From NCBI GenBank assembly GCA_051294375.1, contig CM119267.1, positions 22,073,486-22,137,485 of the forward strand: a stretch of DNA of 64,000 nt. Reading direction: 5' to 3'. Both the position numbers and the translations under genes were made by a program. The notes under the pieces were generated by a model. The model ran no database searches and had not been told where the DNA came from. It saw only the letters and a program-made list of their open reading frames with translations. This stretch comes from Paraspadella gotoi. Its lineage: Eukaryota; Animalia; Chaetognatha. Shown one piece after another: positions 1-13,656 of this stretch (positions are counted from its first letter, which is position 1; each line of letters starts with the position of its first letter).

Positions 1-204
1 CTGTTGTACCAACAATAACTGACGAAGCACTTGGGCGCGACCTCCGCCGCTCCACCTGACCCTTCCGCTCCTTTAGTCTTCAGCGTCAGCTGCTCCTTTA
101 AATCGATCAATTTTTCGTCGTAGAGATTTTCGTTTCTATGAAATAATAAATTTTATAATAAATAATTTTCAGATTAAGAAGATTTTAATCATCACCAACT
201 CTCT

Positions 205-256
<52 letters not shown>

Positions 257-486
257 TCTCTCTCTCTCACACACCTCTTAACTTTTTTTTTACATTGCCG
301 CTGAAGAAGAAACAATAACCAGTTTTAAACATTTGGAAAATTCAGTAAATGTTATTATCATTATAAAATAGGAAATAGTTGTAATATAAAAAGCATCATG
401 AACCCAATCCCAACCTCATATCGACGTAGATCTCGGAGGCTCCTACGACGAAGCCCATGTCCTCCTGACGCCATCGCGCGATGTCC
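1..486 (-). other. Inverted duplicate of ~1680-2174 next to N gaps (probable assembly/haplotype artefact)
   Basis: 1-486 is the near-exact reverse complement of ~1680-2174. 761-983 repeats ~2474-2696 and 1163-1423 repeats ~2813-3071. All abut N runs. Confidence 0.85.
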
Positions 487-1572
487 NNNNNNNNNNNNNN
501 NNNNNNNNNNNNNNNNNNNNNNNNNNNNNNNNNNNNNNNNNNNNNNNNNNNNNNNNNNNNNNNNNNNNNNNNNNNNNNNNNNNNNNNNNNNNNNNNNNNN
601 NNNNNNNNNNNNNNNNNNNNNNNNNNNNNNNNNNNNNNNNNNNNNNNNNNNNNNNNNNNNNNNNNNNNNNNNNNNNNNNNNNNNNNNNNNNNNNNNNNNN
701 NNNNNNNNNNNNNNNNNNNNNNNNNNNNNNNNNNNNNNNNNNNNNNNNNNNNNNNNNNNNCAGAGGGAAGTCGTTAGGACTGTGAATGGAACACAACGCC
801 AATGGTATGGCTTAACGATGGTGGATGTTAGGCGGTGAGAATATACCCCCACAAGGGTTAGATATTAAGGTTGTAATAAGTTCAAGAATTAAAGAACAGA
901 AATAGGGAGTTTCCGGAAAAATGCCTTTTTTTTTAATTTTCCTGACGTCAACATCGTCGGCTAATCCCCATCCTTAGCTTATGNNNNNNNNNNNNNNNNN
1001 NNNNNNNNNNNNNNNNNNNNNNNNNNNNNNNNNNNNNNNNNNNNNNNNNNNNNNNNNNNNNNNNNNNNNNNNNNNNNNNNNNNNNNNNNNNNNNNNNNNN
1101 NNNNNNNNNNNNNNNNNNNNNNNNNNNNNNNNNNNNNNNNNNNNNNNNNNNNNNNNNNNNNNGGCGTGCCGTGTTGGCTAGACGTCGAGAGGGTCGGCCA
1201 GTACGGCCTCTTCAAGGACATCGCCGACGGTCTCAAATCCTGCAGGGCTGCGGTCGTCTGCGTCTCTGCAGAGTACGCCGACAGCGTTAATTGCATGATG
1301 GAGTTGAGGTGAGAAGGAAAATAATAATTTGTGCCATTTAGCTTTTTAATCTCATTTGCATATAGTAGGATTTCGAGTGGGTTATAGATAAATGTAGTGT
1401 TCAACAGTTTATGTTCGTTGTTTNNNNNNNNNNNNNNNNNNNNNNNNNAGCGGTGGGACGTGAGGCGGTGTGAACTATTACCGCCACACTATATCATTTA
1501 TCATTTAACTATTCATCAATCTATCTATAAATCATTTTATCTATCTATATATCAATAACCTATCTATCCTCA

Positions 1573-1890
1573 GGTCTTCCTATCCTCGCCTCCGACTCTT
1601 ACGCCGCCGAGGATCGATGCCTCAAACTCTTCACTTTCGCAGAAGTTTCTCTCGAAGCGCTGATGGTCGTGTTGGCGGGACAGTCGACGCGATGGCGTCA
1701 GGAGGACATGGGCTTCGTCGTAGGAGCCTCCGAGATCTACGTCGATATGAGGTTGGGATTGGGTTCATGATGCTTTTTATATTACTACTATTTCCTATTT
1801 TATAATGATAATAACATTTACTGAATTTTCCAAATGTTTAAAACTGGTTATTGTTTCTTCTTCAGCGGCAATGTAAAAAAAAAGTTAAGA

Positions 1891-1978
<88 letters not shown>

Positions 1979-3900
1979 GTGATGATTAAAATCCTTCTTA
2001 ATCTGAAAATTATTATTATAAAAATTTATTATTTCATAGAAACGAAAATCTCTACGACGAAAATTGATCGAATTAAAGGAGCAGCTGACGCTGAAGACTT
2101 AAAGGAGGCGGAAGGTCAGGTGGAGCGGCGGAGGTCGCGCCCAAGTGCTTCGTCAGTTATTGTTGGTACAACAGCGCCGACGCCGTCGCAAAGGTTTTTT
2201 GGGCGATATTTTTTCAAAAGCACCCTATTTGCCGTTCTAACTTTATACCTAGTTAAGAATTAGGTTTACTTATTAGGATTAATTATAAGGATTTGGTTTA
2301 GTGATTAGGTTAAGGATGTGAAAAAAGATTAAGATTAGTGTATGGCAACAGCCGGGTTGCCTGTGATGCCCGTTGGGATGGGCATCTCATTGTTAGCTTT
2401 GGGGGCTTCCGACCCTCAATGACGTCTCCAGTCACTGGCGCGGTTATCCTAGGACGGTCTCGCTTTGCCAACGCAGAGGGAAGTCGTTAGGACTGTGAAT
2501 GGAACACAACGCCAATGGTATGGCTTAACGATGGTGGATGTTAGGCGGTGAGAATATACCCCCACAAGGGTTAGATATTAAGGTTGTAATAAGTTCAAGA
2601 ATTAAAGAACAGAAATAGGGAGTTTCCGGAAAAATGCCTTTTTTTTTAATTTTCTGACGTCAACATCGTCGGCTAATCCCCATCCTTAGCTTATGCTGCT
2701 CAATTGCTCATTCTACTTGATCCTTCTATCAGGGCACTCCCACCAAAGCCGGGGCCGTAGCCTCAGAGCCCCTAGCCGATCCGCGCGCCATCAAGTCGCT
2801 CCTCGAAGCCGCGGGCGTGCCGTGTTGGCTAGACGTCGAGAGGGTCGGCAGTACGGCCTCTTCAAGGACATCGCCGACGGTCTCAAATCCTGCAGGGCTG
2901 CGGTCGTCTGCGTCTCTGCAGAGTACGCCGACAGCGTTAATTGCATGATGGAGTTGAGGTGAGAGGAAAATAATAATTTGTGCCATTTAGCTTTTTAATC
3001 TCATTTGCATATAGTAGGATTTCGAGTGGTTATAGATAAATGTAGTGTTCAACAGTTTATGTTCGTTGTTTACAAATTGGACTGTAATCTTTTGTCACAT
3101 TATAGTTTGTTGAATCATTCAGGGCATTTGCTCTCTGCATTAAAGCATAAGTTTGTATAGTAATTTACAGGGAAAACCAAAGCCAGATATGTTCGTTTCA
3201 CTATTATAAAAATCATTTTATTCGATGATTAGTCAAATTGAACCGTAGGATTAACCACCATTGATTTTAATAATAATAAAAAAAAATTAACCACTGTTAG
3301 AGGCTGCATGTGTAAGCATTGTGGGCATTGGCGGCGGGCGCCGACCAGGCTTGAGTAACACATTACTTACGAGGCTTAAAAGGGAATACAATTTCATTAA
3401 TCAAATAAACAAAAAGTAAATATTGTGCGTCGGATCTTCTTCACCGAATTGTCTCCATCGCTAGCTACCCCCCCACTCCCCCCCTTTTCCTCTTCAGATT
3501 CGCGGTCGTCAATCTCCGTTCTCCCATCGTCGCCGTCGTCGTCGGACCTCGGCCGATTGGGAGACGTCGGAGGCGGGCATGTTGCTCGTCAATCGGGCGT
3601 CGGCCAACAAGTTCGACTTCCGGCGTCGGGCGGACGAAGAAGCGAAGGAGGCGTTCGTGGCGGCGGTGAAGGAGGCGGTGGAGGAAGGGGAAAAGAGGGC
3701 GGCGGCGAAGGCGGCGGCGGAAAAAGCGCCGAAGGTTTTTTATTTGTTGTTGTTGTTGTCGTCTTTGAATTAAAACTCCTTTTTTTTTCTTTATATACTT
3801 TCATATGTTTTTTTTTTTTTTTTTTTTCCATATTTGTTGGTTTTTTTTCTCTCTCTCTCTTCATCTTACTCACTCTCCCTCCCCCGTCTCATTCTCTGGC

Positions 3901-3977
<77 letters not shown>

Positions 3978-5829
3978 GTCTCAATCTCAACCTCTTTTCC
4001 CAGTCGACGCCCAAAACAACGACAACAACAACAACGCCTTCCTCCAAAGACGAGCTCACCTCCTCCGTCCGCGAGGTTAACGAACTCTCCCAACGTCGAT
4101 TTCTCCGTCAAGCGACGAACTTTGTCCTTGGCGATGACGACGACGACTTTTCGCCATTGCTCGTGACGATCGATTGTCTGGAGACGGACAGGACCGCGCA
4201 TCCCGATATCCTTCTGGTCAGGCCAACGGCGTTTAGTAGATTGACTGACTGACTTTGGATAAAACTATTTTCGTTATTAGATTAATGAAGTTGAAACTTT
4301 TAAGATTAACAACTTTGATTTCATTTACATGTTATGGTAGTTCTTTGAACGTTCACAATTTTAATTCATTTTTGTCCAAAAAAATATAAATGTATAAAAT
4401 TTTGACGAGAGTTTAGAATTTTTTCTTTTTAGGATTGGTTCATTTTTCATTTTTAGTATCTTTTCACGACAAAATTCGGCATTGAGTATTAAGTATAATC
4501 ATAGAGTTTACATAATAAAACTAGAGCTGGTTGAAAAGAAATATAAAATGGTTCTTTCATTGCATTCTCATGTGGAATGATACCAAAGAATTTATTTTTG
4601 ATATATTATTTATTTGAAACAGTTCATATACTGTTTTGTATGATATAATATTTATCTTATTTCGCTGTGTCTGTAAAATTTTAGCTTTGTAATATAATTT
4701 AATCAAGCTTTTACAACTTAACTTAACTTTAGCAATGCTATGACGAGTCTTCATAATGAAAAAAAATGTTTTACATAATTTGTTATGAAAAAAAATGTGT
4801 AACTGAGAAATATAACATGTATATATAACTTGTTTTTAGATAGATTCTATTTCCTAATCTATCATCATCATCATCATCATCCACATCATCATCATCATCG
4901 TGAAATTTCTTTTATAAATTATCTTCATGTAAAATCAAAACCCCCGCAGGTGCTGGCCAGCGTAACTTGGTCCATTCGCCGTTACTGCGAGCACGAGTCG
5001 GGCTGGCACGAGGCCGACGAACCACCCCAGCCCTTCGTCGAATCCTTCCAAGGGAAAACGGCCTTCGTGCAGGATGCGGCACCTTACCTTTTCAGACTCT
5101 GGACGCTGCTGTACTCTGGAGGCGTGCCGCTTAATCTCTTTAAAGTATTCGACGCTAAGGTAAGGATGATTGAATTTGAACTTCGTGATGATCATAATTT
5201 TGACGTAACAATAATCGTTGAGATTATGTTATAAACAATTTGTATATTTCTCGCCCCAGGAACTCCTCGGCTCCGTCCACCGCCTCATCAACGACGTCGC
5301 CCAAGGAATCGACGCTCGCGAGGCGGAGCTGCGGCGCGCTGCGTCGCTGCGGCGGGCCTATCAATTCTGCCGCTCTTACGCGGCGGAGAGAAGCGAAGGA
5401 CGCGCGGGACTACGCCGGTGTCTGCTGCCCTCCGGCAAGGCGCTCTGGCTCTGCGAACGGCACAGGGCCGATCCCCACGTGACGACGTTGACGGAGGCGA
5501 CTGCGTCGACGCATCACGCCAAGTCTGTCCTCAACGAACACGACGTCAATTTGAAGGAAGAGTTGGCGAGAATCGCCGAAGCTGGGGAGGCGTGGCTGGA
5601 GGAGGAGCGGGAAAAAGAGGACGTGGACGAAGCGGCGCCGGTCGACGCCGAAAAGGAGATTCCATCCGGCGTCGTGGAATCCAAGGAAGAGGAGACTCGT
5701 GCGAACGGCTCCGGTAGCACGATGATAACGACAACGACGACGACAAAAACGACGATGAATTTTCAAAAAGACAAAGTGAAGTTTGACGGAGATAAAAAGA
5801 TAAAATCAAAGTTGTGCATTGTCTCCTGA
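1573..5829 (+). CDS. 3' part of a multi-TIR (TIR_2-like) protein, possibly Roco/COR-associated, ending in CaaX (CIVS*); 5'-partial with apparent single-base frameshifts
   Basis: GT-AG exons ~1574-1751, 2040-2193, 2733-2958, 3498-3734, 4004-4216, 4950-5159, 5260-5829. Motifs GVPCWLDVERVGQYGLFKDIADGLKSCRAAVVCVSAEYADSVNCMMELRFA (TIR_2-like), a second TIR half (SDSYAAEDRCLKLFTFA...WRQEDMG), CEHESGWH and GLRRCLLPSGKALWLCERH. The frameshift at ~2849 is corrected in the duplicate copy at ~1199. Confidence 0.65.
2341..2566 (-). mobile_element. Solo-LTR-like dispersed repeat, copy 1 (intronic, internally deleted)
   Basis: Reverse complement of the element at 25340 and 57548. Flanks AGTG/AGGG are a near-perfect 4-bp TSD. 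Confidence 0.75.
3905..3975. repeat. (CT)n/(AG)n microsatellite; similar tracts at ~198-268, 1897-1975, 13417-13467, 24423-24505 and a (GAAGA)n tract at ~36210-36270
   Basis: Directly visible simple repeats in introns and intergenic DNA. Confidence 0.95.
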
Positions 5830-6466
5830 ATATATTTTTTTTTTCCATAAATACTTATACAGTACTCATTTCTTGACCAAAAACCACATATATCACATTG
5901 TACAATTTACATTTGTATTTTGCAGTAGTCAATCCATATACTCAAGTGTTGTGCCCTTTTTTTACTCTTTTAGTTTTTAATTAAATTTTGTATGTATCCT
6001 TTATTTATCAACGTATTTATTAATGGTTAGATCTGAAAATTTATTTCATTGCAACTGTTTTCATTTAATAACTTTCAATTTAGTTTTGAATTTTTAAAAA
6101 ATGAGCTAAAATAAAATCTTTTTAATCAGATGTTTTCTTTTTGCTTTGTTTACGCTTACAGATTGGAAGTCGACGTAGCGAATGTGGTTGGTCTCAGCTA
6201 CAGGAAACGTTTTAATATGAAACGCATATGAAACAAAAATTTAGTAAAGCACCCCTGTCATATAATCGCCAGTAAAACTCAACCGTTCAAAATTCAAATA
6301 ACATGAAAGAATGTAGTAATAGTAATACTGTGCCGTAGGAATGAAAATAAGTAACAATTTGTGCCAAAAACTAGTTCAATTTATCCATTAACACGTGCTG
6401 AGAATCCCTGAAATTGTAGTTTTAAACTAAAAAATCTCTCTCTCTCTCTCTCTCTCTCCCTCTCCC

Positions 6467-9400
6467 TCAACTCGTCCCCCTTCCCTCCCCACCCTTCAAC
6501 TTCTCCTTCCAAAATGGAATCCTCTTCAACCCGCTCCCCTTGTTCGGAGCGTCCACCGTCTCGATCCCCAAGAAGCGCATGTGCTTGGCGGCGTCGTGAT
6601 CCTCGGCGTCGAAATGCGGCGGCGGCGTCGCCATCCGCTCCAGAGCGACGCTCCTCAAGTTGGTCTTCAAGTAAGTCCGCACCGCCACGTCCTGAGCCGA
6701 GGGTACGACGTCCTCGTCGTCCCTGCCGCGACCACCGCGGACGGGCAGCTTGTTGGGAGTCTCTTTGACGGCGAAACCCTCGACGATGTCGACGACGAGA
6801 TTGTCGTCGGGGCCACACTTGAGGCAGACGACGCCGACGACGAGGCCGCGGGATTCGCAGTTTGTCCTTTCCTAGGGTTGGAAGAGGGGGGAGCAGTTTG
6901 GTTTGTTGACGAATCGATCTGTTTGTTTTTATTTTGTTTTGCGTTGTATTTTAATTTCGTTTTGTTTCGTTTTTTGGGTTTCGTTTTTTATATCGTTTTG
7001 TATTTTGATTTGGTTTTGTTTTATGTTGTAGAAGCACGTATTTGTTTTTTGACAATAATTATAAAACAGACGCGAGAAAAGACATGTTGTCAAATATAGA
7101 GAACGAGAGAGACTGAAGAATCTTCAGTGAAGAGAGAAAGCGCGGGACTGGCCAAGACAGAGCTCTCGCGATAGAGAGAGAGAAAGAGAGAGAGTAAGGG
7201 AGAAAGAGAGAGAGAGAGAGTTATTAACCGGCTTCTCTTGTAACCGCTAAACACAATGACCAATGTTGTTTTTTTATTTTATTATTGTTCTTTTGTTTTG
7301 TTTTAAGCGTTGATTTTTGTTTATTTGTACCTGAACGAAGAAAACCCTCTCGTCTATTCCCACGAACCGAAACCGGTCCGCCTCTCGAACAAAAGGACAT
7401 GCGGCGCAGTTCCTCCGACAGGGTCCGCTCTCTGCTCTGTCCCCGCGTCGTCCCTCCTCCCTCGCCGTCGTCAACTCCTTCGTCAGCCGCTCGATCGTGT
7501 TGTCCATCTGCGCCAACTTTCCGCGGACGTCGAGGTTTTCTAGCCCGAGATCCTCCAGCGTCTGCATCTTGACGAGCTTGTGGACGGATGCTTTGATCTC
7601 GGCGATGTTGAAGGCGCTGTCGGTGCGTCCCTCGGCGAGGCGAGACTCTTGCACGGAGTTGGTCATCATCTTCTCCCATCTTTCGATTCGTTTGAGGAGC
7701 TTCTTGCCGTCCGCGGCGCCTTTGATGTTTTCCACGGCGGAGACGCAAAGCATTCGACACACGAAGACCTTTGGGGAAGGAGATAATTGCTTGCTTCATT
7801 GATTGCTTGCTTCTTTTTCTTTTCTTTTTTTATGAAACTCTTAACTCTTAACCCCAACCATTTTCTCTTCTTTTCTTTTCTTTTCTTTAATTTTCTTTTC
7901 TCTTTTATTCTTGTTTCTTTTCTTTCCTTTTCTTTCTTTTCTATTATCTTGTTTCTTGTTATTCTTTTCTTTCCCTTTCTCAAGTTATTTGCATCCTTTT
8001 CCTTTTTTCCTTTTTTTCTTTTTCCTTTTATCCTTTATTTTTCTTTTTCTTAAGTATTTAAACGAATCAAACATGTTATGTTTCCCTCGATCTGTTCACC
8101 CTTCTGCACACACCATTCACCTTCGGAGGCACGTCGCAGCAATAAATCCTCTCCGACGCAAACTTTTTTCGGATCCAAATGAATAAGTCTCTCACGTTGA
8201 CGACGAGCGAAAATGGTTGCGGCAACGTGGGTCTGTTGTAGTTCTCGAAGATGACCTCCTTGCGATGGATGAACCACAGCTTGACCTCCTTCTCCTGCAG
8301 CTTGGTGATGTTGTAGGTGAATGTGGCGATGAGCAAATTGATGAGCAGCACCACAGTCACGAACATGTAGATCCCTTGCATCAGCGGAATGATGATTCTG
8401 ATCACCATCTCTGGATAAGTCGGCAAACCGCTCTTGGACGTCCCGTTGGCGCTTTTGATGGACTCGTAGAGTTCTTGGTACTCTTCCTGAAAAGTCTCGC
8501 CGAAAAGATTCCAGAATCCCCTCCGCCAGAGTTCGGCGACCAGGTCCAGGTCTAGCACCGTCCGTTGCCCCGGGTTCAGCGCGTCCAACATGGTGTGGCT
8601 CACCATGCTGAAAGAGAAGAGAAAGACGACGAGGAAGAGCAAGAAGTAGCTCAGGTCCCGGATCATTTGATTAATCATGAGCAGTTTGGGTCCGAGGTGG
8701 ATGTTGACTAGAAAGAATTGCAGCAGCCGCAAGAAGAAGAGAGCGAAGACGACGCTGTAGGACAGCATGAGATACTGCTCCGTCGCTCTGCTGTGCCAAG
8801 CGGAGAGATTGTAGACGGAGATCCTGAACCCAAGCAGCGTTGCCGAGGAAAGGAGGATGACTAGATCGAAGACGTTCCACGAGTTGCTTAAGTACATCTT
8901 GAGGCAGCTCAGCAGGTGGTCGCCCCACGTTTGAAACGGATTGTCCAGGTCGATGGGGACGGCGAGGTCGTTCTTGGACATTTGCCTGTAAAGAAGAGGC
9001 TTTAAGAATAATAATGTCAAAATAATGATTTTCTTGCTAACCGAGTTAAAAAAACTCGAGAAACGATCTAACGGCTACAATATGCAAATGAGATTTAGGA
9101 ACTATAAAATTATGTTTTACTTGATCTCTTGCGCCATGTACGAGGCCCAATAAAGGTAGACGATCCACTCTGCGCAGGACGGCACCGCCATCACTAGATT
9201 CGCGTGAGCGTCGAAGATGAGAAAATAGGCGTAGACCGCAAGATAGACCGAGTAGGACATGCTGTGAAGGTAGAACTTGATCACCGGTGATCTAAAGAAA
9301 TCCAGGGCGTCGCGGAGACAATCGGCCCGTCGGCCGTTGGTCTTGGTCCATCCACAGTTAATGCCGATCGAGTAGAGCCTGTCGTTGGTGCGCTTGTGAT

Positions 9401-12400
9401 TCTGCAATTCCTTGAAGTCCTTCAACGGCTTTTGACGCTTTCTCATGGTCTTCATCCCTCTGACGGCAAGGACGACGATGATCAGAAGGTTGAGCGCCAT
9501 GGCGCCGCTCAAAACGACGCCGGCCAGGGTCGGGCTTGTAAATGCCTCGGTAGCCATGTCGTAATTGTTTACACAGAGGACGACTTGAATGTAAAAGATG
9601 AGAGCGAAGAAGGTCACTGAAAAGTAGGTGCACTTGTTCTTTTTGTGACACCTGCGCCAGATGTCGGTGAGGTGCGACTGGCAGGCGGGATGACAGATGA
9701 ACTCCAGGCAGTTTTGATCACGAGCCGCTAATTCCATGCAAGAGGTTCCGTCGAAAATGTCCAATCCTTGAACCAAGACGAACTTAGTTTTGATTGGATC
9801 GACGTCGTTGCAGCGACACATCACGTCCATCGCATATTGTTCGAATTCGACAGCTTGAGATTCGAGAAGCTGCTTTTCTGTTTCGGAATCGGTGACCTGA
9901 GCGGAGATTTAAATTTGGGTTGACTACTAAATTACAAAGTTATGTTCAATAGCGTTTTTTATTATTTATCATGATTTTTTATTTATTATTTGTTCATTTA
10001 TTATTGGGATAATTAGTAGGAGATTAACCTTTCTATCAAAATCAAACAAGAAAGGAGCATTTTTGTTTTTTATCTACATTCTTTTAATCAAACTATTTTA
10101 GTTATTGAATATATACTATACTATTTAATATTTATGAAATAATAAATATACGTATCAAATTAAAGATGAAATTATATTATAATATAATTATTTTTATTTT
10201 AAAATTTTGAAAATTAATATAATTATCCAATTAAACATAAAACTAATTTATAAAATAATTTATTAAAAAAATAGACTTTTATCCTTTGAATGACTTATTC
10301 CCCGCAATTTAAATCCACAACTCTCACCTTGATCATCCCGCGCAAGATGTTCGCCGCCACGAGCCCATGAGCGGTCGCGTGTCGATTGATCTCTATAAAA
10401 AGTTTGGCCAACTCGAAGTGTCCGGCCAAGACGCTCCACACGAAGAGATCGGCGCAGGTTTGAGTGAAGCTCCTCTTCTTGAACTCCTCGCTCTTCTCCG
10501 CCTTCAACGAGAGGCTGGAGAATGTCACGTTCTTCCCGATGAATTGATTCTCGATGTCTCTCTTTCCCGCGAGGGCGACCTCAGCCCGATAAGATTCTTC
10601 GTAATAGGACAGCAACGTCATCAAGTAGCTCTCGTAGCCGCTGATCCCGACGGCGGATTCCGCGGCCAGGAATCGCACGATCTGCTCTTTCTTCGATTTG
10701 GCCACGTACTTGGTGTAGAGATCCTTGAGTTGGAGCTTGGTCAGAAAGTTGCCCTTTTCGCAGGCGTAGACGAGAAAGAGTCTGACGAATTCCACGTTGC
10801 CCTCGGCCAAGGCTTTGATGACCCATTTTTCGCTCTTGACGTCCTTTTCGTTGCAGATCATCTCTCTCCAGACTTCCTCGGCCACGTCCATCCGGTTCCA
10901 GAGGTATGCCACGAAGAGTTTGTCCTCGTTGGAGCCTCGCCCGTGCTGTCGGAATGCCTTCAGCACTTCCACGTTGACCGACTCGTCTTCGTGTGGATCG
11001 AAGACGTAGATGAGCTCGTGATTCTCCAGACATTTCTTCAAACGCGCCTTCAAGGGTTTGATGCCCTTGCCGAGCTCGTTACCGAACTCCTCCACCGCGT
11101 TGACGATCGTCCGTGACGCCAGCAGCTCTCCGACAAACTGATCGAAGTTTTGGTTCTTCCGTCGCAACTTGAGCTGCTGCATGGCAAGGGCAACAAGGTC
11201 GGCCGCCTTGCCCGACCCTTTGATCACGATGCAGGGAGTTCGGTAATCGCGCTCGTCCTCGGACTGACTTCGTCCGTAGGAGGAGACTGACTTGACGGCC
11301 CGCTGCTTCTTCGTCAAACTGCAGATAACTTCGTCGAGAGAGTTGAGGTCTCCACCGAAGAGGAGGTTGGCGCAGGGACAAGAGGAGATCTCCATGATCT
11401 TGTCCTTGAAGGCGGCTTCGGAGGCGAAGCGGCCGACTGTCCCGTCGTCGACGAGGAGGAAGTGAGTGTGGTTTGGATCGAGGTACTCGCCTTTGCCGCC
11501 GCCGTTCTCGGAGATGGAATACGCCACCTTGCGACCTCTTCCCTCCAACCCTGGAAGATTGACAAGCCGTTCCGAATTGCGGACGGAGCTCCACGAGGTG
11601 ACCCCGATGCAGGTGATGGAGACGTTCTCGATTCGCTCCTCCACTTGATTCTTGGACATGTTAATTTCCCGAACCACCTCGCCCACGTATTTGGAGATGC
11701 CCGAATGGACGCCGTTGGTGATCACCCACGAGTTGGGGGTGTCGCGGAAGACCTGGTTATATATATTTAAAAATGTTTCATTCTTTTTTTCTCTCGCCGA
11801 AACTTAAATGTATTTAAAAAAAAAAAGATAACCCGCCGAAATTAGGCCATTAAGTTAATTTTATATTCTGTTTGTCGGACTCGGGGATTGAACCTGTGAT
11901 CTACAGCTCAAAAAAGGGGAACAAAGTCGTTGCCGATTCAATTCTAGCATTAATTGTCGAACCGGCAAAATATAATTGAAAAACAAAAACTGGCGGGAAA
12001 AGTCAGGAATGTAAGAGTACCCGGGGACAAATAGTTAAAAGAAATGTGGCCATTATTGCCATTACGAATAAAACGAACGGGCGGTTCTGCTATCAATAAC
12101 TTTAAAAAGTTTTAATCATTTTTTTGGGATTTAGTCACCTTGAACAGACAATCCCGAAACGCTCTCCTGACGTTCATGCTTCCGTCGCCACCGTCCTGTC
12201 CTGGACGTAACTCTTTTCCAACCCCAACCCCTCTTTCTTCTCCTCCTCCCACATCCCCAATCACATTAACTATCAGGCCCGGTTCCCCCAGATTCCATTC
12301 TCTCTCGTCGACCAAGAGCCGTTCGAAGAGATCCCTCGCCGGCGTCTCTCGATCCAACCGGATGTATCGCTTCGTCGCCTCCGCGAACCAATAGTCGTGA

Positions 12401-12888
12401 TCGAGGACTCCGTCGACTGCGAAGGAGATCGAACCGAAGGCGTCAGTCTTCTCTGCGACGGTGCACTTGGCGAAGTATTGCTCCCAGGAGGAGAGGCCGA
12501 TGATCGGTGGCGGAAGGGGAGTGGTGGGGGTTATGGGCGGAGAGGGCGTGGCGTCGCCGCTTCCGTCGACTAGATCGACGCCCGATTTCGGTCTCTCTTT
12601 CTCCTTCTTCTTCTCATCCTGGTGTTCCTCCATTTTTCGCCCGCACCAACAAACGGCCCCGGCCTTTTTCGGCGCGAATCGAACGCAGCGTCTCTTCTTG
12701 AAGACGGTCGAAGCCCTCGTCGACTCCACGCGATTTTCCGTCCGCGCGACGATCAGCTGCTCGGCTTCGACGTCGTCGTCGGTGATGCTGATGGACGGGC
12801 TGCGGCTGCGGCGCCAGTTGTGACGCGAGTTCTGCAAGCGCATCATGTTCTGAGTCAAGAGACGCATGCGGAACGATTCGCGCGACAT
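6467..12888 (-). CDS. TRPM-family cation channel (~1550 aa, 6 exons)
   Basis: Exons 12888-12139, 11752-10328, 9896-9121, 8985-8121, 7768-7331, 6871-6467 join in frame via GT-AG. CWCGR and TDAFGSISF N-terminal motifs; SLOG/MHR domain (WVITNGVHSGISKYVG, LDPNHTHFLLVDDGT); FICHPACQSHLTDIW; LGPKLLMINQMIRDL; LLINLLIATF; TRP box region WFIHR...RPTLPQPF; C-terminal coiled coil. Confidence 0.93.
11872..11910 (-). repeat. tRNA-derived (B-box) SINE remnant in a TRPM intron
   Basis: Minus strand reads ...GATCACAGGTTCAATCCCCGAGTCCGAC, resembling a T-arm/B-box. No full cloverleaf. Confidence 0.3.
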
Positions 12889-13412
12889 CTTTCGGTTTGT
12901 TTGTTTGTTTTTTTAGACTAGTTTGTTTTTGTTGTTTTGGTAAAACTCGGAAAAAATGAGGACGACGTGGAAGAGGTAAGAAAAACAAAATTAATTTCTC
13001 AATGTTTGTGTAAAAAATATTTATTTCTTACTTTGTTTTTGTAAATTGCAAAGTGTTTCGTTTCTTAATTAACTTTTTTTTATTCTTATTTCTTTGATTT
13101 CGATTCGTCACGAAAGTTTTTACGTCATTCTACTTCTATTCTACGAATAGTGATGAAATTTTTTTTTTTAACAGTTTTTGATGATCAAAAACAACTCCAT
13201 TTACATTTTGAGTTAACGAAATAATCAAATTACATTTTATCGCTCTCGCTCTCTCTCCATCTCCGAAATTAAATTTTCGAGCTACGATTATTCAAACAAA
13301 AGTTTTCTAGGCCGGAGCGATCGCCGCCCTGCTAAACGAACCTGTTTTAAAGAGAGAGACTAATACTAGCTCTCTTTCTTTCTGACTCTCTATCTCTGGT
13401 TTGCGTGACGCA

Positions 13413-13469
<57 letters not shown>

Positions 13470-13656
13470 CAAATCAAGCAGATAAGCGTCCGAGTTGCGT
13501 TCGTTAAACTTAAAGGTAGGTAAACTATATGACTCATTCCTTGATAAACTTATTTATAGCAAATGATCGATTTTTATTTCTGATTAATGATTCATTTTAT
13601 TTCGTGCAAAAGATTCGTTTCCTCTTGATGACTCTTCCATCGGTAATCTGTAATCG

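Noticed and set aside
1-1450. Apparent inverted and tandem duplication of TIR-gene exons
   Set aside because: The fragments are nearly identical to 1680-3071 and bounded by N gaps; best explained as scaffolding or haplotype artefacts.
10367-11116. Long + strand ORFs opposite TRPM, PNPLA8, LMF2, PIWI and others
   Set aside because: Antisense shadows of GC-rich coding exons with no recognisable motifs.
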